Part shown: positions 10,589 to 19,239 of the stretch, piece after piece | Layout: each line of letters starts with the position of its first letter | How positions within the stretch are numbered: position 1 is the stretch's first letter | From: Gammaproteobacteria bacterium | GTDB lineage: Bacteria; Pseudomonadota; Gammaproteobacteria; Eutrophobiales; Eutrophobiaceae | Reading direction: 5' to 3' | Assembly: GCA_965222155.1 (NCBI GenBank) | Contig: CBDCTH010000012.1 | Span: forward strand, 1,920,001-1,984,000 | Length of the DNA: 64,000 nt | The notes under the pieces: generated by a model | The model's database searches: none | Seen by the model: the letters and a program-made list of their open reading frames with translations, nothing else | Told to the model about the DNA's origin: nothing | Position numbers and translations under genes: made by a program

Positions 10589-12166
10589 ATAGACGAATCT
10601 GTTTCCAAAAATAAATCACTCGAATCCTGGATATGGGATGCCGCCTGTTCCATACGCGGGGCCAAGGATGCGCCAAAATACAAGGACTATATCCTCCCCC
10701 TCATCTTCACCAAGCGCCTGTGCGATGTCTTCGATGACGAAGTGAATCGTATTGCCGCGGAGATTGGCTCGCGGAAGAAGGCCTTCCAACTCGTTAGGGC
10801 AGACCAAAAACTTGTCCGCTTCTATCTCCCCCTTGAACCGGATGATCCCGAACAGCCAGTCTGGTCGGTCATTCGTAAGCTTTCGGATAAGATTGGTGAA
10901 GGCGTCACTACCCATATGCGGGCTATCGCTCGTGAAAATCCGCTGCTGCAAGGCATCATTAATCGCGTAGATTTCAATGCCACCACTCACGGCCAGCGCG
11001 ATCTTGACGACGACCGTCTCTCCAACCTCATTGAGGCCATCAGCACCAAACGCCTTGGGCTTGAGGACGTTGAAGCAGACATCATCGGCAAGAGTTACGA
11101 ATACCTCATCCGCAAATTCGCTGAGAACAGTGGCAAGAGCGCCGGCGAGATTTACACCCCCGGCGAAGTCAGTGAGATTATGGCCCGCGTCCTGGTGCCT
11201 GACCCAGGCACGGAAATATACGACCCGACCTGCGGTTCCGGGAGCCTTCTTATCAGGTGCGAACTTGCCATGGAAGCGAAAATGCGTGCCGCCAAACAGA
11301 CAAATATCGCTCCCGTCAAACTGTTCGGACAGGAGTATGTCCCTGAAACCTGGGCAATGGCCAACATGAACATGATCATCCATGACATGGAGGGCAAGAT
11401 TGAGATCGGCGATACCTTCAAGAACCCCAGGTTCCGCTATGAGAAAAACGGAAAGCTCCGCACATTTGATCGTGTGGTTGCCAACCCCATGTGGAACCAG
11501 AACTGGTTCGCGGAGGCCGACTACGAGAATGATGAATTAGACCGCTTCCCTGCCGGCTTCCCGGGCAAATCATCCGCCGACTGGGGCTGGTTACAGCACA
11601 TACACGCCAGCCTTAAATCCAAATCCGGAACCCAACAAGGAGGGCGCGCCGCCGTCGTCCTGGACACCGGCGCCGCTTCACGCGGCTCAGGCAATGCCGG
11701 CACAAATAAGGAGAAAGACGCCCGCCAGTGGTTTGTTGACCAGTACCTTATCGAAAGCGTCCTCTACCTGCCCGAAAACATCTTCTACAACACCACTGCC
11801 CCAGGGATCGTAATTTTTCTAAACAAGGACAAGCCTGCCTCCCGGCAAAGCAAGGTGCTGCTTGTCAACGCCAGCGAGGTTTTTGAGAAGGGCGATCCCA
11901 AGAACTTTATTCCACGCGAGGGCATAGTCCGTATCGTAGAGACGCTGACTGGGTGGAAAGAAGAAGAAAAATTCAGCCGCATCGTCGATCATGCCGAATT
12001 GAAGAAGAATGACTACAACATATCACCCAGCCGCTACATCCACACCGGCGATGCGGAGACCTACCGTCCGCTGGCAGAGATCGTTGAGGAACTGGACGTG
12101 ATTGAGGCTGAGGCAAAGGAGGCGGACAGGGCTTTGCGGGAGATTTTGGAGAGCATTGGAGTATGA
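10589..12166 (+). CDS. hsdM: Type I restriction-modification methyltransferase HsdM (no canonical start for the conserved N-terminus; possibly a pseudogene)
   Basis: GEIYTP, YDPTCGSGSL, VANPMWN, YNISPSRY. The N-terminal segment SLESWIWDAACSIRGAKDAPKYKDYILPLIF lies in frame upstream of the ORF-track GTG (10742); only ATT/ATA codons occur between it and the TGA at 10574. Confidence 0.9.
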   Translation: MDESVSKNKSLESWIWDAACSIRGAKDAPKYKDYILPLIFTKRLCDVFDDEVNRIAAEIGSRKKAFQLVRADQKLVRFYLPLEPDDPEQPVWSVIRKLSDKIGEGVTTHMRAIARENPLLQGIINRVDFNATTHGQRDLDDDRLSNLIEAISTKRLGLEDVEADIIGKSYEYLIRKFAENSGKSAGEIYTPGEVSEIMARVLVPDPGTEIYDPTCGSGSLLIRCELAMEAKMRAAKQTNIAPVKLFGQEYVPETWAMANMNMIIHDMEGKIEIGDTFKNPRFRYEKNGKLRTFDRVVANPMWNQNWFAEADYENDELDRFPAGFPGKSSADWGWLQHIHASLKSKSGTQQGGRAAVVLDTGAASRGSGNAGTNKEKDARQWFVDQYLIESVLYLPENIFYNTTAPGIVIFLNKDKPASRQSKVLLVNASEVFEKGDPKNFIPREGIVRIVETLTGWKEEEKFSRIVDHAELKKNDYNISPSRYIHTGDAETYRPLAEIVEELDVIEAEAKEADRALREILESIGV

Positions 12167-13218
12167 GTGAAGCGAACGACATCATCAAACCAACCGACGC
12201 TCTCCTTGCGGAGTTACGTGGAATGATTGCAGAGGCCCGAGGTCAGGTCGCCCAAGTCACCAACGCCGCGCTCACCATGCTTTTCTGGAAAATCGGACAG
12301 CGCATTCACCGCGATATTCTCGGGAAGAAACGTGCGGATTACGGTAAACGGATTGTCGCCTCGCTGGGGCGACATTTAACGGCAGAGTTCGGGGCTGGTT
12401 TTGGCGAAAAAAACCTTAGGCGGATGATCCAGTTTGCCGAAGCGTTTCCCGATGAAGAGATTGTCGCTGCGCTGCGGCGACAATTAGGTTGGACTCACTT
12501 CAAGACGCTGATTCCAATCCAGGATCCATTAAAACGAAATTTCTACGCCGAGATGTGCCGTATTGAACGGTGGAGTACCCGCACACTCGCCAGTAAACTA
12601 GATTCCATGCTCTACGAGCGCACCGCCATTTCCAAAAAGCCGAAAGAAGTCGCCAAAGCCGAGCTCGCTACCCTCGGTACCGAAGACCGATTAACGCCTG
12701 ATCTCGTCTTTCGTGATCCCTACATCCTCGACTTCCTTGGCCTCAACGACCGCTACCTCGAAAAGGACCTTGAAGACGCTATCCTCCGCGAGATCGAAAC
12801 CTTCCTGCTCGAACTTGGCAATGGCTTCGCCTTCCTCGGACGCCAAACCCGCATCCAGATCGACTCCGAAGACTTCTACCTAGACCTCCTCTTCTACCAC
12901 CGCAATCTGAAACGCCTCATTGCCATTGATCTCAAACTTGGCAATTTCAAGGCCGAGTACAAAGGCCAGATGGAACTCTACCTTCGCTGGCTTGCACGCC
13001 ACGAGCAACAACCCGGCGAAGAGATGCCTTTAGGTATCATCCTCTGTGCCGGAAAGAAGGAAGAACAAATCGAACTCCTCGAACTTGGCCGCTCCGGCAT
13101 CCATGTTGCCGAATACCTGACCGCGCTGCCGTCGCGAGAACTCCTGCAACAAAAACTCCACGATGCCATCGAGATTTCACAAGCAAGACTGGAAGCGAAG
13201 AAGAGAGAAACCGAATGA
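12163..13218 (+). CDS. YhcG / DUF1016 PD-(D/E)XK nuclease-domain protein
   Basis: FWKIGQRI, NLRRMIQFA, LGWTHF, RDPYILDFL, ELGNGFAFLGRQ, DLLFYH..L..LIAIDLK. Confidence 0.92.
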   Translation: MSEANDIIKPTDALLAELRGMIAEARGQVAQVTNAALTMLFWKIGQRIHRDILGKKRADYGKRIVASLGRHLTAEFGAGFGEKNLRRMIQFAEAFPDEEIVAALRRQLGWTHFKTLIPIQDPLKRNFYAEMCRIERWSTRTLASKLDSMLYERTAISKKPKEVAKAELATLGTEDRLTPDLVFRDPYILDFLGLNDRYLEKDLEDAILREIETFLLELGNGFAFLGRQTRIQIDSEDFYLDLLFYHRNLKRLIAIDLKLGNFKAEYKGQMELYLRWLARHEQQPGEEMPLGIILCAGKKEEQIELLELGRSGIHVAEYLTALPSRELLQQKLHDAIEISQARLEAKKRETE

Positions 13219-13286
13219 TTTTACTCACCAACCCTGGTCGGGCTTTCGCAAAAAGCGACTTCGGGGGCTAAATCCCGCACGTAGGT

Positions 13287-13523
13287 ATGGACCGCATCAC
13301 CAAAAATCTGATCGAGTGGAAGGAAAAACTCAGCCGCATCGCCGATCACGTTGAATTGAAGAAGGGTGTTTATAACATTTCACCCAACCGCCGCATCCTT
13401 ACCGGCGTCATGGAAACGTACCGGCCGCTAGCAGAGATTATAGATGAACTAGATGTGATTGAGGCAGAGGCCAGTGAGACGGATAAAGCCTTGCGGGATA
13501 TACTGGAGGGAATTAGAGTGTGA
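13287..13523 (+). pseudogene. Diverged duplicate of the hsdM 3' end
   Basis: WKEKLSRIADHVELKKGVYNISPNR...TYRPLAEIIDELDVIEAEA matches the HsdM C-terminus (11954-12166). Confidence 0.88.
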
Positions 13524-14674
13524 GTACTTGGCAAACAAAACGACTCGGAGACGTCCTCCAACTCAATTATGGTAAGGGTCTTCCAGTAAAGAGACGCATA
13601 GAAGGGCCAATTCCTGTATATGGCTCAAACGGGGTCGTTGGGACTCACAAAGAACCGATTGTCGGTAGGCCAGGTCTCATAGTTGGAAGAAAAGGCTCAG
13701 CAGGCCAAGTCCACTATTCCAGCGGTCCGTTTTACCCCATTGATACGACTTTCTTTGTAACCCAAGACGACGTACCGGATATCGACCTTGAGTTCTTGTA
13801 TTATCTTCTTAAACACGCTGACCTGACGCGAATTGTCGGCGATGTCGGCGTTCCAGGCTTAAATCGAGAAATGGCATACATGGAGCAGGTCCATTTTCCG
13901 GCAGTGCGCTCCGAGCAGAAGAAAATCGCACACATCCTTTCGACAGTACAACGGGCTATAGAGGCACAGGAACGGTTAATTCAGACAACCACCGAACTGA
14001 AAAAAGCCCTAATGCACAAACTCTTCACCGAAGGCCTCCACAACGAACCCCACAAACAAACCGAAATCGGCACCATCCCCGAAAGCTGGGAAGTGGTGGC
14101 AGTCGGGGATATCTGCCGGAGCATCGTTCCAGGCCGCAATAAACCTAAAGTATTTAATGGCGATATTCTATGGCTCACAATACCTAACATTAAGGGTCTT
14201 GATTACATCAATGCAGATGTGGGTGGTCTCAAGATAAGTTTGGTGGAACTTGAATCCTGCGGTGGCCGCTTAATTCCAGAAGATAGTGTGATCATGTTAT
14301 GTGTTGGCGAGTTTGGAGTGTGTGCAGTTAACAACACCGAGATCGTCATCAACCAACAACTTCATGCCTTTGTCTGTTCCGAGGATATCAATCCTATCTT
14401 CTTGTGCAATCAGCTACGTTACCGGAAGCCATATATGCAGAGGATTGCCGCTATTACAACAATTCCATACCTGAATAAAAACAAATGTGAGTCTGTCCCA
14501 ATTGCACTTCCAAGTCGTGAGGAACAAAATGAGATTACTGCCAGTTTCACGATGCTAGATTCAAAGAGAGAGAACCACGTCGCTCATAGAAAGGCCCTTG
14601 CGGAACTCTTTCACAATCTCCTTCACGAGCTGATGACTGCAAAAACGCGTATCCACAGTTTGGACCTAACATGA
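13520..14674 (+). CDS. hsdS: Type I R-M specificity subunit HsdS
   Basis: Two TRDs separated by the conserved EQKKIAHIL...LMHKLFTEG...TEIGTIPESWEV spacer; C-terminal IALPSREEQ..LLHELMT. Confidence 0.93.
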   Translation: MSTWQTKRLGDVLQLNYGKGLPVKRRIEGPIPVYGSNGVVGTHKEPIVGRPGLIVGRKGSAGQVHYSSGPFYPIDTTFFVTQDDVPDIDLEFLYYLLKHADLTRIVGDVGVPGLNREMAYMEQVHFPAVRSEQKKIAHILSTVQRAIEAQERLIQTTTELKKALMHKLFTEGLHNEPHKQTEIGTIPESWEVVAVGDICRSIVPGRNKPKVFNGDILWLTIPNIKGLDYINADVGGLKISLVELESCGGRLIPEDSVIMLCVGEFGVCAVNNTEIVINQQLHAFVCSEDINPIFLCNQLRYRKPYMQRIAAITTIPYLNKNKCESVPIALPSREEQNEITASFTMLDSKRENHVAHRKALAELFHNLLHELMTAKTRIHSLDLT

Positions 14675-16704
14675 GAATTAAAGATATTACAGTACAGAAC
14701 TTTCGGCTCTTGGAAAACGTAGAGCTTTGTCTCGAAGATGATGTTACGTTAATCGTAGGAAGGAATAATAGTGGCAAAACATCCCTGACAGAACTATTTC
14801 GACGCTTGCTGGATGATAAATCTCCCAAATTTCGCATTGAAGACTTCTCATTAAGGAGTCATGAACATTTTTGGAAAGCGTTCAAATTATTTCAATCAAA
14901 TATGGGCGAAGATGCAGTTCGTGAAGCCTTACCCACAATCTCAATTAGCCTGACCGTCAAATTTGATGAAGATGACGAGCTTGGTACTCTTTCTGACTTT
15001 GTTATAGATCTTGATGACACCTGTAATACAACGAAAATTGTTGTCACCTACACTCTTGCTTCGGGGAAAATTGCAACTCTGTTCGACGGCCTTGATGACG
15101 ACCGCAAAGCATTTTTTCGAGCTATTCGTGAACGCGTTCCCAAGCTGTTTGTCGCGAGGATTGAAGCAGAGGACCCAACCGACACAACGAACAAGAAAGA
15201 CCTAGATAGCACAAACTTAAGTGCAGTACTTCAGTTTGGCTTTATTAACGCTCAACGTGCACTCGACAGCGCATCAAATAAAGAAAAAGCGGTCTTGGGT
15301 AAAGTTTTTGAACGTTTGTTTGCATCCGCATCTTCGGCAGAAGCTGGGGTTGAAGACCAAACTAGTGCAGATAAATTAAAGAGCGCTGTCGAAGATATGC
15401 AGGAGCAAATCGATACCGACTTTAATAGCCAATTAAACGATTTAGCACCTACGTTCGAACTATTTGGTTATCCTGGACTAGTAGATCCCCAACTTCAAAC
15501 TGAGACACTGCTTGATATCCAACAACTTCTTTCGAATTATACAACGGTAAGCTACAAAGGTCCCGTTCCAGGTGGTGTCAATCTACCAGAATCCTACAAT
15601 GGTCTAGGCGTACGGAATCTTATATATATCCTGCTGAAGCTTTATGAATTCTTTCGTGAATTTACTACCCGCCAACCAGAATCCAAAGTCCATCTCATCT
15701 TTATCGAAGAGCCCGAGGCCCATCTTCACCCACAAATGCAGGAGGTATTCATTCGGAAACTCAACGAGATCAAGACGATATTTGAAAACACCTACAAAGA
15801 CACTAGTCCGTGGCCAGTGCAGTTTGTAGTAACCACACATTCATCACATATCGCGAACGAAGCATCCTTTGATTCAATGAGATATTTTCTTACCACTCCA
15901 GTCTTGGTAGGGTCAACTATCCAGAGGACCCAAACTAGAGACCTGCGAGCGGGGCTGAGTGGTGAGGATAGCATCAATCGTGACTTCCTCCACAAATACA
16001 TGACATTGACCCGCTGTGACCTGCTATTCGCTGATGGCGCGATCTTGATTGAAGGTACTACTGAACGACTCCTGCTGCCTAAAATAATTGAGAAATTCGA
16101 TATTGAGCATGGCGTTAATCTTGGCAGCCGCTACCTGTCGATCATGGAGGTAGGAGGCGCTTATGCATATCTCTTCTACAACCTTGTGGACTTTTTGGGA
16201 TTGCGAACTCTGATCATAACGGATCTGGACTCTGTTGATGGGAACAACAACGGAGCAAAATGCAAGGTTTCAGAAGGAACTAATTCAAGTAATGTAACTA
16301 TCAATAGATGGTTTAAATCAGACGATGGTGGCAATCCGACAATTGCTGATATTCAAGCAAAGACCGACCGTGAGAAATCTACTAATACAAGACGACTTGC
16401 TTACCAAGTCCCGCACACCCCTGGTGATGCATGCGGTCGAAGTTTCGAAGATGCATTCATTTTGGCAAATCCAAACAAGTTTGAAATTACAGGGCAAATG
16501 GCTGAAGAACGGGAGACCCAAGCATGGGATAAAGCTCAGTCAATCAAAAAAACAGAATTTGCATTAACCTATGCTATTAGTGAGACCGACTGGTTTATCC
16601 CGCGCTATATACGTGAAAGCTTGTTGTGGTTAGCAAATATCGGAACCTCTGAGTCTGCGGCCAAGTCACCTGAAAAAACCGTTGAGGAACCAGACGATGG
16701 CTGA
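14671..16704 (+). CDS. gajA: OLD-family ATP-dependent endonuclease (ABC ATPase + TOPRIM), Gabija GajA-like
   Basis: Walker A GRNNSGKT, Walker B/D-loop IEEPEAHLHP, TTHSSH, TOPRIM ILIEG.TE and ITDLD; overlaps a UvrD gene. Confidence 0.85.
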   Translation: MRIKDITVQNFRLLENVELCLEDDVTLIVGRNNSGKTSLTELFRRLLDDKSPKFRIEDFSLRSHEHFWKAFKLFQSNMGEDAVREALPTISISLTVKFDEDDELGTLSDFVIDLDDTCNTTKIVVTYTLASGKIATLFDGLDDDRKAFFRAIRERVPKLFVARIEAEDPTDTTNKKDLDSTNLSAVLQFGFINAQRALDSASNKEKAVLGKVFERLFASASSAEAGVEDQTSADKLKSAVEDMQEQIDTDFNSQLNDLAPTFELFGYPGLVDPQLQTETLLDIQQLLSNYTTVSYKGPVPGGVNLPESYNGLGVRNLIYILLKLYEFFREFTTRQPESKVHLIFIEEPEAHLHPQMQEVFIRKLNEIKTIFENTYKDTSPWPVQFVVTTHSSHIANEASFDSMRYFLTTPVLVGSTIQRTQTRDLRAGLSGEDSINRDFLHKYMTLTRCDLLFADGAILIEGTTERLLLPKIIEKFDIEHGVNLGSRYLSIMEVGGAYAYLFYNLVDFLGLRTLIITDLDSVDGNNNGAKCKVSEGTNSSNVTINRWFKSDDGGNPTIADIQAKTDREKSTNTRRLAYQVPHTPGDACGRSFEDAFILANPNKFEITGQMAEERETQAWDKAQSIKKTEFALTYAISETDWFIPRYIRESLLWLANIGTSESAAKSPEKTVEEPDDG

Positions 16705-18433
16705 ATCAGCAGCAATGAATCCTGCAGAAGCTGCTGCACAAAATGCTCTCGATGAGATGTACCAGTGTATTCTTGAACGGCGAAACTTTCGATTGGAAGC
16801 TGGAGCTGGGGCAGGTAAGACCTATTCCCTAGTGAAAGCCCTACACCGAATTATTGACGAGGAAGGTGCTCAGTTCGTCCGGCGACGACAGAAGGTTGCC
16901 TGCATCACCTATACAAATGTCGCAACCGACGAAATAACCAGTCGCACTGATGGACATCCTGCTGTGCAAGCATCAACTATCCACTCATTTTGCTGGGGGC
17001 TATGCAAAAATTTCCAGTCAATTCTCAGACAAGAGGTCGTGAAAATCAACGGATTGAACGAAAAGATTGAAGAGTCGGGTGGAATTAGTGATCAGCGTGT
17101 TGATTACGACTTGGGACATCGGCATGTGACCGATACGGATATCCTATTACATCATGATGACGTTCTGAAGCTGATGGTCGCGTTAATGGAATACCCTAAA
17201 TTTCGACGAATACTTGCTGCGCGCTTTCCCGTCCTCTTTATCGACGAATATCAGGATACGGATAAGGCATTTGCTGAAAGTCTGATACAGAACTTTGTAG
17301 ATACGTCTACTGGTCCACTTATTGGCCTATTCGGTGACAGTTGGCAAAAGATATATCGAACGGGCGCGGGAACTATCGAGCATGATAACCTGCAATCTAT
17401 TGGTAAGGAGGCGAACTTTCGTTCAGTTCCTGATGTGGTAAACGTATTAAATAGGATTCGCCCTGAATTGCCTCAACAGGTGAATGACCCCAACGCTACC
17501 GGCACGGCCAGAGTCTATCATTCCAACAATTTCGGGGGAAATCGAAGAACTGGAGGACACTGGGCAGCAGATCTGCCAGCTGAGGACACGCACGAATACT
17601 TCAGCGCGCTTCGACAACAACTTACGACCTCCGGCTGGGATTTTTCTCCTCAGATTACGAAGATTCTGATGTTAACGCATAATGTCCTCGCAGAGGAGCA
17701 ACGCTACAGTCAGATACTTGAAGCATATGAATACAACGACTCGCTATTTAAGAAGGAAGATCCTCACATTGCATTTCTTGTGGATACCATTGAACCTGCA
17801 TGTACAGCATTTTCTGCCGGAAAGTTTGGAGAAATGTTTTCAGTAATCGGGAAAAAGTTCGGTCATCTTTCAAATGTGGCCGAGAAGCGAGCCTGGGCAA
17901 GAGATATGGAGCATTTAGTTGAACTTCGCTTATCAGGGACAATCGGGGATGTGGTCGACCTTCTAAAGGAAACCCGCAGACCACGTCTTCCCGATGCGGT
18001 TCTACGCACCGAAAACAGACCCGCAAATGCTACACAAGAAGAGATAGATGAATCATTAACTTTGAAGCAAATTGGGAGGCTTCGGCCGACTCCTTATACC
18101 GAACTGATATCAGTAGCTAAATTCATTAATGATCATACACCGTTCTCAACTAAGCACGGTGTCAAAGGTGCGGAGTTTGAAAATATATTAGTCGTCTTTG
18201 GGAGGGGCTGGAACCAGTATAACTGGAACCAATTTCTCGAGTGGTTTCCTAATAGATATCCTAACAACAAGAAAGATAGTTATATCCGGAACCGAAATCT
18301 CTTTTATGTAGTGTGTTCTCGGCCAAAGAAGAACCTTGCATTGCTATTCACGCAAGAGCTTACAGCAGATGCCCTAGAGACGCTTGAGGAGTGGTTTGGC
18401 GCAGAGAATGTTTCCCCTTTCAAACCAACCTAG
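16697..18433 (+). CDS. gajB: UvrD-like SF1 helicase, Gabija GajB-like
   Basis: EAGAGAGKT, ITYTN, IDEYQD, GD..QKIY, TKHGVKGAEF, NLFYVVCSR; ATG 16697 with GAGGA RBS. Confidence 0.85.
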   Translation: MAESAAMNPAEAAAQNALDEMYQCILERRNFRLEAGAGAGKTYSLVKALHRIIDEEGAQFVRRRQKVACITYTNVATDEITSRTDGHPAVQASTIHSFCWGLCKNFQSILRQEVVKINGLNEKIEESGGISDQRVDYDLGHRHVTDTDILLHHDDVLKLMVALMEYPKFRRILAARFPVLFIDEYQDTDKAFAESLIQNFVDTSTGPLIGLFGDSWQKIYRTGAGTIEHDNLQSIGKEANFRSVPDVVNVLNRIRPELPQQVNDPNATGTARVYHSNNFGGNRRTGGHWAADLPAEDTHEYFSALRQQLTTSGWDFSPQITKILMLTHNVLAEEQRYSQILEAYEYNDSLFKKEDPHIAFLVDTIEPACTAFSAGKFGEMFSVIGKKFGHLSNVAEKRAWARDMEHLVELRLSGTIGDVVDLLKETRRPRLPDAVLRTENRPANATQEEIDESLTLKQIGRLRPTPYTELISVAKFINDHTPFSTKHGVKGAEFENILVVFGRGWNQYNWNQFLEWFPNRYPNNKKDSYIRNRNLFYVVCSRPKKNLALLFTQELTADALETLEEWFGAENVSPFKPT

Positions 18434-18491
18434 TTTTTTTCAGGCCCACACCGAGAGAACACCATCGCAACTTAAACTTCTGTGAAAGATT

Positions 18492-18950
18492 ATGCTTGGC
18501 AAAACGACGCCATTCTTTGATTACGCCGCTTCGTTAGGCGAACTAAAATCGCGCATTCAATCGCCGTGTATCTCAGCAGCGCGTTCAGTGAACCACGAAC
18601 TGATCCTGCTCTACTGGTACATCGGACGCTGGACCATGGAGAAACAGGAAGAACTGGGCTGTGGCGAATCGGAAATTGGGCTACTTACGGGAGAGTTCAG
18701 ACGAGCTTTCCCTGAATCCAAGAGGTTTTCACCACGAAATTTTAGGGATATGAAACGCTTGTTCATCGCTTACTCCAACACCGAATTTAGGCAACAAGCT
18801 GTTGCCGAACTTCCTGCCATGGAAGGGCCTGCTTCAAATCGGCGACAGATTGTCGCCAAATTACCTGGCACCTTTCTTGAACAGCTTGTTCAAGCATATC
18901 TGTCTTCAGTGCCCTGTGGTCATCTTAAAACATTGGGCGCTGCCATTTGA
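18492..18950 (+). pseudogene. Truncated YhcG/DUF1016 N-terminal domain
   Basis: AARSVNHELILLYWYIGR...FSPRNFRDMKR; ends at VPCGH (degenerate iPWgH) with no nuclease domain. Confidence 0.8.
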
Positions 18951-19239
18951 TTACCCATGAGGCATCCTACTGGTGCAAAGAAAGAGATATCTTCCAGAAT
19001 GGCGCAACGGCACCTCGGCCTTATAGTCAACCTCGGACTGCTACGCTATTTGGGGAGTGGGCAAGCCACCGGATATCAGGTGATTCAACCATGAACGCGA
19101 CACAGACCACGACTAAATGTCGCGATTTGGCGACTCCAGCGGCACTAGAGATGCTGTCGCGACATGAATCGCGATATCATGTCGCAATCCCGAAGTGCTG
19201 CTGCTCCATGGAGTCGAATCGAGCCTGGACCTGAATCTC

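Noticed and set aside
10616-11383. 255-aa antisense ORF over hsdM (and other long antisense ORFs such as 38683-39639, 40480-41271, 27977-28807)
   Set aside because: Shadow ORFs opposite well-supported genes
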